From an uncultured Desulfosarcina sp. (GTDB lineage Bacteria; Desulfobacterota; Desulfobacteria; Desulfobacterales; Desulfosarcinaceae), in contig CAXXWQ010000003.1 of the NCBI GenBank assembly GCA_963674945.2, positions 2,368,001 to 2,432,000 on the forward strand: a stretch of 64,000 nt of DNA, in the 5' to 3' direction. Position numbers and translations under genes: made by a program. The notes under the pieces were generated by a model that had not been told where the DNA came from, made no database searches, and worked only from the letters and a program-made list of their open reading frames with translations. Positions 60,362 through 64,000 of the stretch are shown piece by piece. The first letter of the stretch is position 1. Each line of letters begins with the position of its first letter.

Positions 60362-63300
60362 TTACGGTGTAGGTAAAGTTACAGTACCGCCTAACCGGAA
60401 ATACTCTTGTCTCAGAGCATCAGAGAAATCTTGGCAGTTATTTTCTGTTGCAACATTGTAATTGCTCCTATCCCAACGGCCTTCAAGGTTTCTTAACGCT
60501 CTTCGCATAATATCATCATCGTATATCGGCCCTCGGAATGTGTAATCACCCCTCGTATGGCCAGTATCTTCTCTTACTCTCCCTGGCTTATTCCACATTC
60601 CATTATCTCCGAAAAAACCTATATTGGTACGCAAGTTTGGATTCCTTGCAGCATCGTCAAACCAAAGCTGTTCATGCACCCATTCGGTATTGTGTTGATC
60701 GTCGAAAACATTAACACCGTCGGGATCATTAACACCGTAGGGAGGGATGAAACCCAGCTTATCGAGAGGTCTATAACCAAATTGTGCAAGTCCCCATGGA
60801 TCAATATAGTTGATGGGGTTGTTCGATGTGTATGAATAGAGGTTAATGCCCCCAGCCAACCCAATCGGATCAGCCGTTAGGTATCTCCCAGTGGCCGGAT
60901 CGTAGTAGCGATGGTAATTATAATGCAGGCCGGTTTCCTCATCGTAGTATTGGCCCGGCAACCGCAAGTTATTCTCAATAGTATTGACCGTAATACCACC
61001 ATTCGGAGCAAGTGGCATAGTCCAACCCACCTGACCAAACGGTTTGTAATCCGCAGCCCAAACCACCGTGCCGCTGCTATCGGTCATCTTTTGCGGGGTT
61101 CCCAGATGGTCAGTGTGGTAAATGTAAATATCTTCATTTGTACCATTGATTTTAACGTTTGCAAAGGGAACTCCATTGAGATAGATGTATAATTGCGTTA
61201 GATTTCCCAGAGCGTCGCTTTCTCCGATCAGACGGCCGTCTTTGTCATAATGATAATTGGTCGTCAACCCCCCGTGGATTTTCTTTATTCTTTGTCCCAT
61301 TGGGTTGTAAACATATTCCGTAGGCGTGGCCGTCACAGAAACCGCCGTCTCTGCCGCCGATGAAACCAAGTTTCCATCATCGTCGTAGCTGTGAATTACT
61401 GTTTTCCCTGGTGTTAATGATTCAGTTACATCCAGTTTATTGCTGTCGGGGTCATAACTGTAATCTCTTAACTCCATCGTCCATTCGACATTATTTTTCA
61501 GCACTTTTCTGTCATACCACTCTCGGTTGCCATTTGGCTCATAACCGGTGAAATCAACCGATCCATAAACTCCCGTGAAATAATCGATGCGGTATAAATT
61601 ATCATAGTTGAAATGTTGGTCACGGGTGCTGTCTGCTGTGTTTGAAATATCGGTGATGTTGCCGACATCATCAGGTATGAATTCAAGCCCCTGGATCGTA
61701 ACGCCGCCATTGATGGTACTATCATTGATTGTATCGATCCCATAGCTTAAATCGTAAGTTCTCACCGAGACGCTGTTGTTGGACCATGCATAAAGTGTCC
61801 TCATCGGTCCGAAGGGCTGGTAGTAAATGCCGTTGGCAAGAATTTGCAATGGTGAGGCATCGCTTTGTTTGTAATCCACCCCCGAAACTTGACCGGCACT
61901 ATCTCGATTATAGGATACGATTTGTCCCCCAGGCATAATCATCTTGTCGAGCAAGTTCCCTGAATCATAGACATATTCGGTTACGTAAGAAATGCCGTCT
62001 ACTATCTTGGTGACTTTGTTAAGATTCCCATTCGCATCGTATCCGTAACTATAGCTGCTGAAACCGTCGATCATTCCGGTCAAACGGCCGATACCATAAT
62101 TGATCCCGCTTTCGTAGGCATCATAGGTATAGATAACATCATGCTTGTCATAAGCATAATCCTCAAATTTCAGTCGGTTGAGGGCATCATAACTGTATGC
62201 AACGGTTATTCCGCTATTTTTTACCATGGTTTCAAGGGCACCAACCTCATTGTAGGCATATCGGGTTGTCCCGGTATCAGGGGAATTCCGTTTAACCATG
62301 CGGCTCATATCATCAAAAACGAAAATTGTTTCCAGTTCTTTCGCGTCTTTCACCGAAGAAAGGTTGCCATGCCTGTCGTAACCATAAATGACAACTTGAT
62401 TTTCCGGCTGAGTTATCGTAACCGGCCTGTTAAAGGAATCATAAAGGATGGTGCTCTCATTGAGTAGAGCATCGGTTATACTGTCTGTGTTGCCTGCGGC
62501 ATCATAACCGTAAAGAGTCTCCAAATCCGAGGTATCCTCATGGTTTCTCCAGATGATTTTCCAAAGTTTTCCCGGACTGTCCGGTGACTGGTAATCAAAA
62601 CGTTGCCAAAACTTCCGTTCACCAGTTGACCTATGAAAAGATACATCGTTTATATTTCCCTGGTTATCGTAGTCGTATAGCTGGTAATTGCTAAGACCGT
62701 CTGTGATGGTTTTGAGAAGGCCATTTTTAAGGACGCCATTTGTAGAGTCATAATAGCCAAATCCTATCGATCTTCCCGCGCCGTCGGTTTCGCTGACAAT
62801 ATTTCCGGAAATGTCATACCTTATAGATTGAGTAATACTATCGGTGGTCCAACCCAGCAATCGGTTGCGACCGTCATATTGATCAAAGGTCGTTAGCACA
62901 TTGTTCCGGTCGACAACGTTACCGGGATTGCCGGCGGCATCGTAGCCTCCAAATGTTGTTGTTCCTACTATCGGTCGGGTAATGGTTTCCAGGTCGCCTG
63001 TCAGTGGATAATATGTAAACGCTGTTGTGTCATCCGCACCAGAAAGCGGTCCATCGACACTTTCAATTTGCCCTTCTGGATTGTAATAATATGCTGTTAC
63101 ATATTCATAGGCAATGACTTCCCCATTTTCATCATAGGTAAACCCCTTTTCGATTAACCGGCTCAATCGTGGCGTGGGATTTTCATTTGGAATTGTATTG
63201 CCGTCATCGTCATAATCCCAGATGGTTTCTTTCAGGCGAGATCCGTCACCCGTATCCAACGTGCTGATTTCAGTACGGCTAAGCAGCAGTCTCAAGTATG

Positions 63301-64000
63301 GAAAGCTTGTTTCATCGTAGGTGAAATGGATAACACGTTCATCAACAGCCCCAGAAGCAAGCCTCACGGTCGTTGCATTATCCTGGCTGTCATAGTCTTC
63401 AAAACTATCAATTCTTCCATTGGCGTACTCTTTTTCCATAATTCTGCCGCTGGTATCATAGTCAATCCGAACTACATCTTCATTGCAGGTTGAACATCCA
63501 ACCGTTCCCTGAGCCTGGATAATACGTTTGCGGGCATCAATTGACGAATCAATCGTGTACGAGCGGGTAAAATCGTAAGCGTCCGTTACATCTACCTGAG
63601 TTTCACTCACGAAAAGGATGGTGACTCCTGTTCCTTCTCTGTTTATGTTCTTATAAGCTTTGTCATTGTATCCATAGAACCATGTTGCTAAAGTGTTTGA
63701 CTGCTTATCACTTTTTTGGGTCAGATTGTGATCATCGTTTGGATCCTCATACTTATAATCAAATCCAGACCCATCAGCATAAGTGACTGAATCCAAATTG
63801 TTATTGGTGTCGTATCCAAAAGAAACCCAGATGCCATTGGGAATGCTTTGGGTGACTGGCCCGACAATATGGTCAAGATTGTTATTCGCATTATAATAAA
63901 ATGTCAGGCTACGGTTGCTGGATTGATCAAGAATCGTTTCCAAGCGGTTGTAGCTATTATATGAGAGTGATAGCTGGTTGCCATTTCGATCCTCAATTCT
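60362..64000 (-). CDS. RHS/YD-repeat toxin; 5' end lies beyond the window
   Basis: YD repeats, HTDHLGTP, LRLPGQYYDEETGLHYNYHRYYDP, PINYIDPWGL; frame open to base 64000 (RIEDRNGNQ...). Confidence 0.95.
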   Translation of the reverse strand, partial: RIEDRNGNQLSLSYNSYNRLETILDQSSNRSLTFYYNANNNLDHIVGPVTQSIPNGIWVSFGYDTNNNLDSVTYADGSGFDYKYEDPNDDHNLTQKSDKQSNTLATWFYGYNDKAYKNINREGTGVTILFVSETQVDVTDAYDFTRSYTIDSSIDARKRIIQAQGTVGCSTCNEDVVRIDYDTSGRIMEKEYANGRIDSFEDYDSQDNATTVRLASGAVDERVIHFTYDETSFPYLRLLLSRTEISTLDTGDGSRLKETIWDYDDDGNTIPNENPTPRLSRLIEKGFTYDENGEVIAYEYVTAYYYNPEGQIESVDGPLSGADDTTAFTYYPLTGDLETITRPIVGTTTFGGYDAAGNPGNVVDRNNVLTTFDQYDGRNRLLGWTTDSITQSIRYDISGNIVSETDGAGRSIGFGYYDSTNGVLKNGLLKTITDGLSNYQLYDYDNQGNINDVSFHRSTGERKFWQRFDYQSPDSPGKLWKIIWRNHEDTSDLETLYGYDAAGNTDSITDALLNESTILYDSFNRPVTITQPENQVVIYGYDRHGNLSSVKDAKELETIFVFDDMSRMVKRNSPDTGTTRYAYNEVGALETMVKNSGITVAYSYDALNRLKFEDYAYDKHDVIYTYDAYESGINYGIGRLTGMIDGFSSYSYGYDANGNLNKVTKIVDGISYVTEYVYDSGNLLDKMIMPGGQIVSYNRDSAGQVSGVDYKQSDASPLQILANGIYYQPFGPMRTLYAWSNNSVSVRTYDLSYGIDTINDSTINGGVTIQGLEFIPDDVGNITDISNTADSTRDQHFNYDNLYRIDYFTGVYGSVDFTGYEPNGNREWYDRKVLKNNVEWTMELRDYSYDPDSNKLDVTESLTPGKTVIHSYDDDGNLVSSAAETAVSVTATPTEYVYNPMGQRIKKIHGGLTTNYHYDKDGRLIGESDALGNLTQLYIYLNGVPFANVKINGTNEDIYIYHTDHLGTPQKMTDSSGTVVWAADYKPFGQVGWTMPLAPNGGITVNTIENNLRLPGQYYDEETGLHYNYHRYYDPATGRYLTADPIGLAGGINLYSYTSNNPINYIDPWGLAQFGYRPLDKLGFIPPYGVNDPDGVNVFDDQHNTEWVHEQLWFDDAARNPNLRTNIGFFGDNGMWNKPGRVREDTGHTRGDYTFRGPIYDDDIMRRALRNLEGRWDRSNYNVATENNCQDFSDALRQEYFRLGGTVTLPTP

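Noticed and set aside
60362..64000. Assigning the RHS protein to T6SS
   Set aside because: Its N-terminus is outside the window and no vgrG, PAAR or hcp is visible.

Overview
Entirely accessory DNA, apparently two tandem integrative elements meeting at a 3'-half tRNA-Arg(ACG) att site (39858-39907); neither outer boundary is visible. Host is tentatively Desulfobacterota-like (impression from gene content only). LEFT ELEMENT (to 39.8 kb): a TetR gene plus an SF1 helicase running off the left edge; a RadC/Rad52/Cas4-like nuclease/DUF932 cluster whose genes are preceded by terminator-like hairpins, interrupted by a membrane protein + MBL hydrolase pair; a sigma54 activator, enhancer and -24/-12 promoter in front of a P-loop replication-type ATPase, with ihfB nearby. 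Its cargo is MarR-OMT-TIM-SDR, three lipoprotein hydrolases (the S8 protease split by an intact IS66 with an 8-bp TSD), IS21 and group IIC intron remnants, a hairpin-rich ~460-nt non-coding tract, an orphan C5 methyltransferase, and an excisionase + integrase. RIGHT ELEMENT: satellite-like (P4-type integrase, RelE/HigA TA, AlpA-like, Top6A/Spo11-like, primase-helicase + iteron ori, SF2 helicase, SpoVG-like, TerS-like, no capsid/TerL). It also carries a STAND-like ATPase, a C4 antisense RNA heading seven coupled small helical ORFs, a second Rep with iterons, a ~1-kb tract packed with many different operator-like palindromes, and an RHS toxin/immunity pair. Most unusual: the palindrome library (57.0-58.1 kb), the sigma54-controlled module (11.5-17.7 kb) and the C4-controlled ORF array (53.8-55.6 kb). 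All family calls are from motif recognition by eye; no searches were run.
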